Positions 37,711 through 51,400 of a DNA stretch of 64,000 nucleotides are shown here, one piece after another. The stretch's first letter is position 1, and every line of letters starts with the position of its first letter. The position numbers and the translations under genes are program-made. The DNA comes from Balanoglossus misakiensis (Eukaryota > Animalia > Hemichordata): contig CM082579.2 of NCBI GenBank assembly GCA_040954595.2, forward strand, positions 15,042,550 through 15,106,549. The letters are read 5' to 3'. Below the pieces are notes generated by a model, which was not told the origin of the DNA, did no database searches, and saw only the letters and a list, made by a program, of their open reading frames with translations.

Positions 37711-40700
37711 AATCATAGGTGAAAATCATCAAAAAATGACAAATTTTCGACTTTGCAAAATTTCAAAATTTCGTCAATTTTTGAAAAAATCATGGGTGAA
37801 AATCATCAAAAAATGACAAATTTTCGTCTATGCAAAATCTCAAAATTTCGTCGGTTTTTGAAAAATAATATGGTTGAAAATCATCAAAAAATGACAAAAT
37901 TATCGACTTTGCAAAATCTCACAATTTCGTCGATTTTTGAAAAAAATCATGGGTGAAAATCATCAAAAAATTACAAATTTTCGACTTTGCAAAATCTCAA
38001 AATTTCGTCGATTTTTGTAAAAAATCATGGGTGAAAATCATCAAAAAATGACAAATTTTCGACTTTGCAAAATCTCAAAATTTAGTCGATTTTTGAAAAA
38101 AAATCATAGGTGAAAATCATCAAAAAATGACAAATTTTCGACTTTGCAAAATTTCAAAATTTCGTCAATTTTTGAAAAAATCATGGGTGAAAATCATCAA
38201 AAAATGACAAATTTTCGTCTATGCAAAATCTCAAAATTTCGTCGGTTTTTGAAAAATAATATGGTTGAAAATCATCAAAAAATGACAAAATTATCGACTT
38301 TGCAAAATCTCACAATTTCGTCGATTTTTGAAAAAAATCATGGGTGAAAATCATCAAAAAATTACAAATTTTCGACTTTGCAAAATCTCAACATTTCGTC
38401 GATTTTGAAAAAAACCATTGGGGGAAAATCATCAAAAAATGACAAATTTTCGAGTTTGCAAAATCTCAAAATTTCGTCGATTTTGAAAAAAAACCATTGG
38501 GGGAAAATCATCAAAAAATTACAAATTTTCGACTTTGCAAAATCTCAACATTTCGTCGATTTTTGAAAAAAATCATGGGTGAAAATCATCAAAAAATGAC
38601 AAATTTTCGAAATTGCAAAATCTCAAAATTTCGTCGATTTTGAAAAAAATCATAGGTTCGTCGATTTTAAAAAAAAACATGGGTGAAAATCATCAAAAAA
38701 TGACAAATTTTCGACTTTGCAAAATCTCAAAATTTCGTCGATTTTTGAAAAAAAATCATGGGTGAAAATCATCAAAAAATGACAAATTTTCGTCTTTGCA
38801 AAATCTCAAAATTTCGTCCATTTTTGAATAAAAATCATGGGTAAAAATCATCAAAAATGACAAATTTTCGTCTTTGCAAAATCTCAAATTTTCGTCGATT
38901 TTTGAAAAAAAATCATGGTTGAAAATCATCAAAAAATGACAAAATGTTCGACTTTGTAAAATCAAAAAATTTCGTCGATTTTGAAAAAAATCATAGGTTC
39001 GTCGATTTTTAAAAAAAAAACATGGGTGAAAATCATCAAAAAATGACAAATTTTCGTCTTTGCTAAATCTCAAAATTTCGTCCATTTTTGAAAAAAAAAT
39101 CATGGGTAAAAATCATCAAAAAATGACAAATTTTCGTTTTTGCAAAATCTCAAAATTTCGTCCATTTTTAAAAAAAAACATGGGGGAAAATCATCAAAAA
39201 ATGACAAATTTTCGACTTTGCAAAATCTCAAAATTTCGTCCATTTTTGAATAAAAATCATGGGTAAAAATCATCAAAAATGACAAATTTTCGTCTTTGCA
39301 AAATCTCAAATTTTTGTCGATTTTTGAAAAAAAATCATGGTTGAAAATCATCAAAAAATTACAAATTTTCGACTTTGCAAAATCTCAAAATTTCGTCGAT
39401 TTTTGTAAAAAATCATGGGTGAAAATCATCAAAAAATGACAAATTTTCGACTTTGCAAAATCTCAAAATTTAGTCGATTTTTGAAAAAAAATCATAGGTG
39501 AAAATCATCAAAAAATGACAAATTTTCGACTTTGCAAAATTTCAAAATTTCGTCAATTTTTGAAAAAATCATGGGTGAAAATCATCAAAAAATGACAAAT
39601 TTTCGTCTATGCAAAATCTCAAAATTTCGTCGGTTTTTGAAAAATAATATGGTTGAAAATCATCAAAAAATGACAAAATTATCGACTTTGCAAAATCTCA
39701 CAATTTCGTCGATTTTTGAAAAAAATCATGGGTGAAAATCATCAAAAAATTACAAATTTTCGACTTTGCAAAATCTCAAAATTTCGTCGATTTTTGTAAA
39801 AAATCATGGGTGAAAATCATCAAAAAATGACAAATTTTCGACTTTGCAAAATCTCAAAATTTAGTCGATTTTTGAAAAAAAATCATAGGTGAAAATCATC
39901 AAAAAATGACAAATTTTCGACTTTGCAAAATTTCAAAATTTCGTCAATTTTTGAAAAAATCATGGGTGAAAATCATCAAAAAATGACAAATTTTCGTCTA
40001 TGCAAAATCTCAAAATTTCGTCGGTTTTTGAAAAATAATATGGTTGAAAATCATCAAAAAATGACAAAATTATCGACTTTGCAAAATCTCACAATTTCGT
40101 CGATTTTTGAAAAAAATCATGGGTGAAAATCATCAAAAAATTACAAATTTTCGACTTTGCAAAATCTCAACATTTCGTCGATTTTGAAAAAAACCATTGG
40201 GGGAAAATCATCAAAAAATGACAAATTTTCGAGTTTGCAAAATCTCAAAATTTCGTCGATTTTGAAAAAAAACCATTGGGGGAAAATCATCAAAAAATTA
40301 CAAATTTTCGACTTTGCAAAATCTCAACATTTCGTCGATTTTTGAAAAAAATCATGGGTGAAAATCATCAAAAAATGAAAAATTTTCGAAATTGCAAAAT
40401 CTCAAAATTTCGTCGATTTTGAAAAAAATCATAGGTTCGTCGATTTTAAAAAAAAACATGGGTGAAAATCATCAAAAAATGACAAATTTTCGACTTTGCA
40501 AAATCTCAAAATTTCGTCGATTTTTGAAAAAAAATCATGGGTGAAAATCATCAAAAAATGACAAATTTTCGTCTTTGCAAAATCTCAAAATTTCGTCCAT
40601 TTTTGAATAAAAATCATGGGTAAAAATCATCAAAAATGACAAATTTTCGTCTTTGCAAAATCTCAAATTTTCGTCGATTTTTGAAAAAAAATCATGGTTG

Positions 40701-43700
40701 AAAATCATCAAAAAATGACAAAATTTTCGACTTTGTAAAATCAAAAAATTTCGTCGATTTTGAAAAAAATCATAGGTTCGTCGATTTTTAAAAAAAAAAC
40801 ATGGGTGAAAATCATCAAAAAATGACAAATTTTCGTCTTTGCTAAATCTCAAAATTTCGTCCATTTTTGAAAAAAAAATCATGGGTAAAAATCATCAAAA
40901 AATGACAAATTTTCGTTTTTGCAAAATCTCAAAATTTCGTCCATTTTAAAAAAAAAACATGGGGGAAAATCATCAAAAAATGACAAATTTTCGACTTTGC
41001 AAAATCTCAAAATTTCGTCCATTTTTGAATAAAAATCATGGGTAAAAATCATCAAAAATGACAAATTTTCGTCTTTGCAAAATCTCAAATTTTCGTCGAT
41101 TTTTGAAAAAAAATCATGGTTGAAAATCATCAAAAAATTACAAATTTTCGACTTTGCAAAATCTCAAAATTTCGTCGATTTTTGTAAAAAATCATGGGTG
41201 AAAATCATCAAAAAATGACAAATTTTCGACTTTGCAAAATCTCAAAATTTAGTCGATTTTTGAAAAAAAATCATAGGTGAAAATCATCAAAAAATGACAA
41301 ATTTTCGACTTTGCAAAATTTCAAAATTTCGTCAATTTTTGAAAAAATCATGGGTGAAAATCATCAAAAAATGACAAATTTTCGTCTATGCAAAATCTCA
41401 AAATTTCGTCGGTTTTTGAAAAATAATATGGTTGAAAATCATCAAAAAATGACAAAATTATCGACTTTGCAAAATCTCACAATTTCGTCGATTTTTGAAA
41501 AAAATCATGGGTGAAAATCATCAAAAAATTACAAATTTTCGACTTTGCAAAATCTCAACATTTCGTCGATTTTTGAAAAAAATCATGGGTGAAAATCATC
41601 AAAAAATGACAAATTTTCGACTTTGCAAAATCTCAAAATTTCGTCGATTTTGAAAAAAATCATAGGTTCGTCGATTTAAAAAAAAAAACATGGGTGAAAA
41701 TCATCAAAAAATGACAAATTTTCGACTTTGCAAAATCTCAAAATTTAGTCGATTTTTGAAAAAAAATCATAGGTGAAAATCATCAAAAAATGACAAATTT
41801 TCGACTTTGCAAAATTTCAAAATTTCGTCAATTTTTGAAAAAATCATGGGTGAAAATCATCAAAAAATGACAAATTTTCGTCTATGCAAAATCTCAAAAT
41901 TTCGTCGGTTTTTGAAAAATAATATGGTTGAAAATCATCAAAAAATGACAAAATTATCGACTTTGCAAAATCTCACAATTTCGTCGATTTTTGAAAAAAA
42001 TCATGGGTGAAAATCATCAAAAAATTACAAATTTTCGACTTTGCAAAATCTCAACATTTCGTCGATTTTGAAAAAAACCATTGGGGGAAAATCATCAAAA
42101 AATGACAAATTTTCGAGTTTGCAAAATCTCAAAATTTCGTCGATTTTGAAAAAAAACCATTGGGGGAAAATCATCAAAAAATTACAAATTTTCGACTTTG
42201 CAAAATCTCAACATTTCGTCGATTTTTGAAAAAAATCATGGGTGAAAATCATCAAAAAATGACAAATTTTCGACTTTGCAAAATCTCAAAATTTCGTCGA
42301 TTTTGAAAAAAAACCATTGGGGGAAAATCATCAAAAAATTACAAATTTTCGACTTTGCAAAATCTCAAAATTTCGTCCATTTTTGAAAAAAAAATCATGG
42401 GTGAAAATCATCAAAAAATGACAAATTTTCGACTTTGCAAAATCTCAAAATTTCGTCGATTTTTGAAAAAAAATCATGGGTGAAAATCATCAAAAAATGA
42501 CAAATTTTCGTCTTTGCAAAATCTCAAAATTTCGTCCATTTTTGAATAAAAATCATGGGTAAAAATCATCAAAAATGACAAATTTTCGTCTTTGCAAAAT
42601 CTCAAATTTTCGTCGATTTTTGAAAAAAAATCATGGTTGAAAATCATCAAAAAATGACAAAATTTTCGACTTTGTAAAATCAAAAAATTTCGTCGATTTT
42701 GAAAAAAATCATAGGTTCGTCGATTTTTAAAAAAAAACATGGGTGAAAATCATCAAAAAATGACAAATTTTCGTCTTTGCTAAATCTCAAAATTTCGTCC
42801 ATTTTTGAAAAAAAAATCATGGGTAAAAATCATCAAAAAATGACAAATTTTCGTTTTTGCAAAATCTCAAAATTTCGTCCATTTTAAAAAAAAAACATGG
42901 GGGAAAATCATCAAAAAATGACAAATTTTCGACTTTGCAAAATCTCAAAATTTCGTCCATTTTTGAATAAAAATCATGGGTAAAAATCATCAAAAATGAC
43001 AAATTTTCGTCTTTGCAAAATCTCAAATTTTCGTCGATTTTTGAAAAAAAATCATGGTTGAAAATCATCAAAAAATTACAAATTTTCGACTTTGCAAAAT
43101 CTCAAAATTTCGTCGATTTTTGTAAAAAATCATGGGTGAAAATCATCAAAAAATGACAAATTTTCGACTTTGCAAAATCTCAAAATTTAGTCGATTTTTG
43201 AAAAAAAATCATAGGTGAAAATCATCAAAAAATGACAAATTTTCGACTTTGCAAAATTTCAAAATTTCGTCAATTTTTGAAAAAATCATGGGTGAAAATC
43301 ATCAAAAAATGACAAATTTTCGTCTATGCAAAATCTCAAAATTTCGTCGGTTTTTGAAAAATAATATGGTTGAAAATCATCAAAAAATGACAAAATTATC
43401 GACTTTGCAAAATCTCACAATTTCGTCGATTTTTGAAAAAAATCATGGGTGAAAATCATCAAAAAATTACAAATTTTCGACTTTGCAAAATCTCAACATT
43501 TCGTCGATTTTTGAAAAAAATCATGGGTGAAAATCATCAAAAAATGACAAATTTTCGACTTTGCAAAATCTCAAAATTTCGTCGATTTTGAAAAAAATCA
43601 TAGGTTCGTCGATTTAAAAAAAAAAACATGGGTGAAAATCATCAAAAAATGACAAATTTTCGACTTTGCAAAATCTCACAATTTCGTCGATTTTTGAAAA

Positions 43701-44030
43701 AAATCATGGGAGAAAATCATCAAAAAATGACAAATTTTCGACTTTGCAAAATCTCAACATTTCGTCGATTTTTGAAAAAAATCATGTGTGAAAATCATCA
43801 AAAAATGACAAATTTTCGACTTTGCAAAATCTCAACATTTCGTCGATTTTGAAAAAAACCATTGGGGGAAAATCATCAAAAAATGACAAATTTTCGAGTT
43901 TGCAAAATCTCAACATTTCGTCGATTTTTGAAAAAAATCATGGGTGAAAATCATCAAAAAATGACAAATTTTCGACTTTGCAAAATCTCAAAATTTCGTC
44001 GATTTTGAAAAAAATCATAGGTTCGTCGAT
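35816..44030. repeat. Satellite variant domain B (second occurrence), including ~2.6 copies of the 1779-bp HOR (about 36977-41555)
   Basis: ORFs at 36977/38756/40535 and 37753/39532/41311 (offset 1779), with the same markers as 8.4-23.3 kb. Confidence 0.85.
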
Positions 44031-45437
44031 TTTAAAAAAAAAACATGGGTGAAAATCATCAAAAAATGACAAATTTTCGACTTTGCAAAATCTCAAAATT
44101 TCGTCGATTTTTGAAAAAAAATCATGGGTGAAAATCATCAAAAAATGACAAATTTTCGTCTTTGCAAAATCTCAAAATTTCGTCCATTTTTGAATAAAAA
44201 TCATGGGTAAAAATCATCAAAAATGACAAATTTTCGTCTTTGCAAAATCTCAAATTTTCGTCGATTTTTGAAAAAAAATCATGGGTGAAAATCATCAAAA
44301 AATGACAAAATTTTCGACTTTGTAAAATCAAAAAATTTCGTCGATTTTGAAAAAAATCATAGGTTCGTCGATTTTTAAAAAAAAAACATGGGTGAAAATC
44401 ATCAAAAAATGACAAATTTTCGACTTTGCAAAATCTCAAAATTTCGTCGATTTTTGAAAAAAAATCATGGGTGAAAATTATCAAAAAATGACACATTTTC
44501 GATTATGCAAAATCTCAAAATTTCGTCGATTTTTGAATAAAAATCATGGGTGAAAATCATCAAAAAATGACAAATTTTCGACTTTGCAAAATCTCAAAAT
44601 CTCGTCGATTTTTGAAAAAAAATCATGGTGAAAATCATCAAAAAATGACAAATTTTCGACTTTGCAAAATCTCAACATTTCGTCGATTTTTGAAAAAAAT
44701 CATGGGTGAAAATCATCAAAAAATGACAAATTTTCGACTTTGCAAAATCTCAAAATTTCGTCGATTTTGAAAAAAATCATAGGTTCGTCGATTTTAAAAA
44801 AAAAACATGGGTGAAAATCATCAAAAAATGACAAATTTTCGACTTTGCAAAATCTCAAAATTTCGTCGATTTTTGAAAAAAAATCATGGGTGAAAATCAT
44901 CAAAAAATGACAAATTTTCGTCTTTGCAAAATCTCAAAATTTCGTCCATTTTTGAATAAAAATCATGGGTAAAAATCATCAAAAATGACAAATTTTCGTC
45001 TTTGCAAAATCTCAAATTTTCGTCGATTTTTGAAAAAAAATCATGGGTGAAAATCATCAAAAAATGACAAAATTTTCGACTTTGTAAAATCAAAAAATTT
45101 CGTCGATTTTGAAAAAAATCATAGGTTCGTCGATTTTTAAAAAAAAAACATGGGTGAAAATCATCAAAAAATGACAAATTTTCGACTTTGCAAAATCTCA
45201 AAATTTCGTCGATTTTTGAAAAAAAATCATGGGTGAAAATTATCAAAAAATGACACATTTTCGATTATGCAAAATCTCAAAATTTCGTCGATTTTTGAAT
45301 AAAAATCATGGGTGAAAATCATCAAAAAATGACAAATTTTCGACTTTGCAAAATCTCAAAATCTCGTCGATTTTTGAAAAAAAATCATGGTGAAAATCAT
45401 CAAAAAATGACAAATTTTCGACTTTGCAAAATCTCAA
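43900..45437. repeat. Tandem duplication, period 762 bp
   Basis: ORF pairs 43938/44700, 44122/44884, 44546/45308. Confidence 0.88.
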
Positions 45438-48400
45438 AATTTCGTCGATTTTTGAAAAAAAATCATGGTGAAAATCATCAAAAAATGACAAATTTTCGTC
45501 TTTGCAAAATCTCAAAATTTCGTCCATTTTTGAAAAAAAATAATGGTTGAAAGTCATCAAAAAATGACAAATTTTTGACTTTGCAAAATCTCAAAATTTC
45601 GTTCATTTTTAAAAAAAATCATGGGTGAAAATCATCAAAAAATGACAAATTTTCGATTTTGCAAAATCTCAAAATTTCGTCGATTTTGAAAAAAATCATG
45701 GGTTCGTCGATTTTTAAAAAAAAACATTGGTGAAAATCATCAAAATATGACAAATTTTCGACTTTGCAAAATCTCAAAATTTCGTCGATTTTTGAAAAAA
45801 TCATGAGTGAAAATCATCAAAAAATGACAAATTTTTCGACTTTGTAAAATCACAAAATTTCGTCGATTTTGAAAAAAATCATAGGTTCGTCGATTTTTAA
45901 AAAAAAAACATGGTTGAAAATCATCAAAAAATGACAAATTTTCGTCTTTGCAAAATCTCAAAATTTCGTCCATTTTAAAAAAAAAAACATGGGGCAAAAT
46001 CATCAAAAAATGACAAATTTTCGACTTTGCAAAATCTCAAAATTTCGTCGATTTTTGAAAAAAAAATCATGAAAATCATCAAAAAATGACAAATTTTCGT
46101 CTTTGCAAAATCTCAAAATTTCGTCCATTTTTGAATAAAAATCATGGGTAAAAATCATCAAAAATGACAAATTTTCGTCTTCGCAAAATCTCAAATTTTC
46201 GTCGATTTTTGAAAAAAAATCATGGTTGAAAATCATCAAAAAATGACAAAATTTTCGACTTTGTAAAATCACAAAATTTCGTCGATTTTGAAAAAAATCA
46301 TAGGTTCGTCGATTTAAAAAAAAAAAACATGGGTGAAAATCATCAAAAAATGACAAATTTTCGACTTTGCAAAATCTCAAAATTTCGTCGATTTTTGAAA
46401 AAAAATCAAGGGTAAAAATCATCAAAAAATGACACATTTTCGATTATGCAAAATCTCAAAATTTCGTCGATTTTTGAAAAAAAATCATGGGTGAAAATCA
46501 TGAAAAAATGACACATTTTCGACTTTGAAAAATCTAAAAATTTCGTCGACTTTTGAAAAAAAATCATGGGTAAAAATCATCAAAAAATGACAAATTTTCG
46601 TCTTTGCAAAATCTTAAAATTTCGTCGATTTTTGAAAAAAATCATGGGTGAAAATCATCAAAAAATGACAAATTTTCGACTTTGCAAAATCTCAAAATTT
46701 CGTCAATTTTTGAAAAAATCATGGGTAAAAATCATCAAAAAATGACAAATTTTCGTCTTTGCTAAATCTCAAAATTTCGTCGGTTTTTGAAAAATAATAT
46801 GGGTGAAAATCATCAAAAAATGACAAATTTTCGACTTTGCAAAATCTCAAAATTTCGTCGATTTTTGAATAAAAATCATGGGTGAAAATCATCAAAAAAT
46901 GACACATTTTCGACTTTGCAAAATCTCAACATTTCGTCGATTTTTGAAAAAAAATCATGGTGAAAATCATCAAAAAATGACAAAATTTTCGACTTTGTAA
47001 AATCACAAAATTTCGTCGATTTTGAAAAAAATCATAGGTTCGTCGATTTTTAAAAAAAAAACATTGGTGAAAATCATCAAAATATGACAAATTTTCGACT
47101 TTGCAAAATCTCAAAATTTCGTCGATTTTTGAAAAAATCATGGGTTCGTCGATTTTTAAAAAAAAACATGGGTGAAAATCATCAAAAAATGACAAATTTT
47201 CGACTTTGCAAAATCTCAAAATTTCGTCGATTTTGAAAAAAACCATTGGGGGAAAATCATCAAAAAATGACAAATTTTCGAGTTTGCAAAATCTCAAAAT
47301 TTTGTCGATTTTGAAAAAAAACCATTGGGGGAAAATCATCAAAAAATTACAAATTTTCGACTTTGCAAAATCTCAACATTTCGTCGATTTTTAAAAAAAA
47401 TCATGGGTGAAAATCATCAAAAAATGACAAATTTTCGACTTTGCAAAATCTCAAAATTTCGTCGATTTTGAAAAAAATCATAGGTTCGTCGATTTTAAAA
47501 AAAAAACATGGGTGAAAATCATCAAAAAATGACAAATTTTCGACTTTGCAAAATCTCAAAATTTCGTCGATTTTTGAAAAAAAATCATGGGTGAAAATCA
47601 TCAAAAAATGACACATTTTCGATTATGCAAAATCTCAAAATTTCGTCGATTTTTGAATAAAAATCATGGGTGAAAATCATCAAAAAATGACAAATTTTCG
47701 ACTTTGCAAAATCTCAAAATTTCGTCGATTTTTGAATAAAAATCATGGGTGAAAATCATCAAAAAATGACAAATTTTCGACTTTGCAAAATCTCAAAATT
47801 TCGTCGATTTTTGAAAAAAAATCATGGTGAAAATCATCAAAAAATGACAAATTTTCGACTTTGCAAAATCTCAAAATGTCGTCGATTTTTGAAAAAAAAT
47901 CATGGTGAAAATCATCAAAAAATGACAAATTTTCGTCTTTGCAAAATCTCAAAATTTCGTCCATTTTTGAAAAAAAATAATGGTTGAAAGTCATCAAAAT
48001 ATGACAAATTTTCGACTTTGCAAAATCTCAAAATTTCGTCGATTTTTGAAAAAATCATTGGTGAAAATCATCAAAAAATGACAAATTTTCGATTATGCAA
48101 AATCTCAAAATTTCGTCGATTTTGAAAAAAATCATGGGTTCGTCTATTTTTAAAAAAAAACATGGGTGAAAATCATCAAAAAATGACAAATTTTCGACTT
48201 TGCAAAATCTCAAAATTTCGTCGATTTTGAAAAAAACCATTGGGGGAAAATCATCAAAAAATGACAAATTTTCGAGTTTGCAAAATCTCAAAATTTCGTC
48301 GATTTTGAAAAAAAAACATTGGGGGAAAATCATCAAAAAATTACAAATTTTCGACTTTGCAAAATCTCAAAATTTCGTCGATTTTTGAAAAAAATCATGG

Positions 48401-51400
48401 GTGAAAATCATCAAAAAATGACAAATTTTCGACTTTGCAAAATCTCAAAATTTCGTCGATTTTGAAAAAAATCATAGGTTCGTCGATTTTAAAAAAAAAA
48501 CATGGGTGAAAATCATCAAAAAATGACAAATTTTCGACTTTGCAAAATCTCAAAATTTCGTCGATTTTTGAAAAAAAATCATGGGTGAAAATCATCAAAA
48601 AATGACAAATTTTCGTCTTTGCAAAATCTCAAAATTTCGTCCATTTTTGAATAAAAATCATGGGTAAAAATCATCAAAAATGACAAATTTTCGTCTTTGC
48701 AAAATCTCAAATTTTCGTCGATTTTTGAAAAAAAATCATGGTTGAAAATCATCAAAAAATGACAAAATTTTCGACTTTGTAAAATCAAAAAATTTCGTCG
48801 ATTTTGAAAAAAATCATAGGTTCGTCGATTTTTAAAAAAAAAACATGGGTGAAAATCATCAAAAAATGACAAATTTTCGACTTTGCAAAATCTCAAAATT
48901 TCGTCGATTTTTGAAAAAAAATCATGGGTGAAAATTATCAAAAAATGACACATTTTCGATTATGCAAAATCTCAAAATTTCGTCGATTTTTGAATAAAAA
49001 TCATGGGTGAAAATCATCAAAAAATGACAAATTTTCGACTTTGCAAAATCTCAAAATCTCGTCGATTTTTGAAAAAAAATCATGGTGAAAATCATCAAAA
49101 AATGACAAATTTTCGACTTTGCAAAATCTCAAAATTTCGTCGATTTTTGAAAAAAAATCATGGTGAAAATCATCAAAAAATGACAAATTTTCGTCTTTGC
49201 AAAATCTCAAAATTTCGTCCATTTTTGAAAAAAAATAATGGTTGAAAGTCATCAAAAAATGACAAATTTTTGACTTTGCAAAATCTCAAAATTTCGTTCA
49301 TTTTTAAAAAAAATCATGGGTGAAAATCATCAAAAAATGACAAATTTTCGATTTTGCAAAATCTCAAAATTTCGTCGATTTTGAAAAAAATCATGGGTTC
49401 GTCGATTTTTAAAAAAAAACATTGGTGAAAATCATCAAAATATGACAAATTTTCGACTTTGCAAAATCTCAAAATTTCGTCGATTTTTGAAAAAATCATG
49501 AGTGAAAATCATCAAAAAATGACAAATTTTTCGACTTTGTAAAATCACAAAATTTCGTCGATTTTGAAAAAAATCATAGGTTCGTCGATTTTTAAAAAAA
49601 AAACATGGTTGAAAATCATCAAAAAATGACAAATTTTCGTCTTTGCAAAATCTCAAAATTTCGTCCATTTTAAAAAAAAAAACATGGGGCAAAATCATCA
49701 AAAAATGACAAATTTTCGACTTTGCAAAATCTCAAAATTTCGTCGATTTTTGAAAAAAAAATCATGAAAATCATCAAAAAATGACAAATTTTCGTCTTTG
49801 CAAAATCTCAAAATTTCGTCCATTTTTGAATAAAAATCATGGGTAAAAATCATCAAAAATGACAAATTTTCGTCTTCGCAAAATCTCAAATTTTCGTCGA
49901 TTTTTGAAAAAAAATCATGGTTGAAAATCATCAAAAAATGACAAAATTTTCGACTTTGTAAAATCACAAAATTTCGTCGATTTTGAAAAAAATCATAGGT
50001 TCGTCGATTTAAAAAAAAAAAACATGGGTGAAAATCATCAAAAAATGACAAATTTTCGACTTTGCAAAATCTCAAAATTTCGTCGATTTTTGAAAAAAAA
50101 TCAAGGGTAAAAATCATCAAAAAATGACACATTTTCGATTATGCAAAATCTCAAAATTTCGTCGATTTTTGAAAAAAAATCATGGGTGAAAATCATGAAA
50201 AAATGACACATTTTCGACTTTGAAAAATCTAAAAATTTCGTCGACTTTTGAAAAAAAATCATGGGTAAAAATCATCAAAAAATGACAAATTTTCGTCTTT
50301 GCAAAATCTTAAAATTTCGTCGATTTTTGAAAAAAATCATGGGTGAAAATCATCAAAAAATGACAAATTTTCGACTTTGCAAAATCTCAAAATTTCGTCA
50401 ATTTTTGAAAAAATCATGGGTAAAAATCATCAAAAAATGACAAATTTTCGTCTTTGCTAAATCTCAAAATTTCGTCGGTTTTTGAAAAATAATATGGGTG
50501 AAAATCATCAAAAAATGACAAATTTTCGACTTTGCAAAATCTCAAAATTTCGTCGATTTTTGAATAAAAATCATGGGTGAAAATCATCAAAAAATGACAC
50601 ATTTTCGACTTTGCAAAATCTCAACATTTCGTCGATTTTTGAAAAAAAATCATGGTGAAAATCATCAAAAAATGACAAAATTTTCGACTTTGTAAAATCA
50701 CAAAATTTCGTCGATTTTGAAAAAAATCATAGGTTCGTCGATTTTTAAAAAAAAAACATTGGTGAAAATCATCAAAATATGACAAATTTTCGACTTTGCA
50801 AAATCTCAAAATTTCGTCGATTTTTGAAAAAATCATGGGTTCGTCGATTTTTAAAAAAAAACATGGGTGAAAATCATCAAAAAATGACAAATTTTCGACT
50901 TTGCAAAATCTCAAAATTTCGTCGATTTTGAAAAAAACCATTGGGGGAAAATCATCAAAAAATGACAAATTTTCGAGTTTGCAAAATCTCAAAATTTTGT
51001 CGATTTTGAAAAAAAACCATTGGGGGAAAATCATCAAAAAATTACAAATTTTCGACTTTGCAAAATCTCAACATTTCGTCGATTTTTAAAAAAAATCATG
51101 GGTGAAAATCATCAAAAAATGACAAATTTTCGACTTTGCAAAATCTCAAAATTTCGTCGATTTTGAAAAAAATCATAGGTTCGTCGATTTTAAAAAAAAA
51201 ACATGGGTGAAAATCATCAAAAAATGACAAATTTTCGACTTTGCAAAATCTCAAAATTTCGTCGATTTTTGAAAAAAAATCATGGGTGAAAATCATCAAA
51301 AAATGACACATTTTCGATTATGCAAAATCTCAAAATTTCGTCGATTTTTGAATAAAAATCATGGGTGAAAATCATCAAAAAATGACAAATTTTCGACTTT

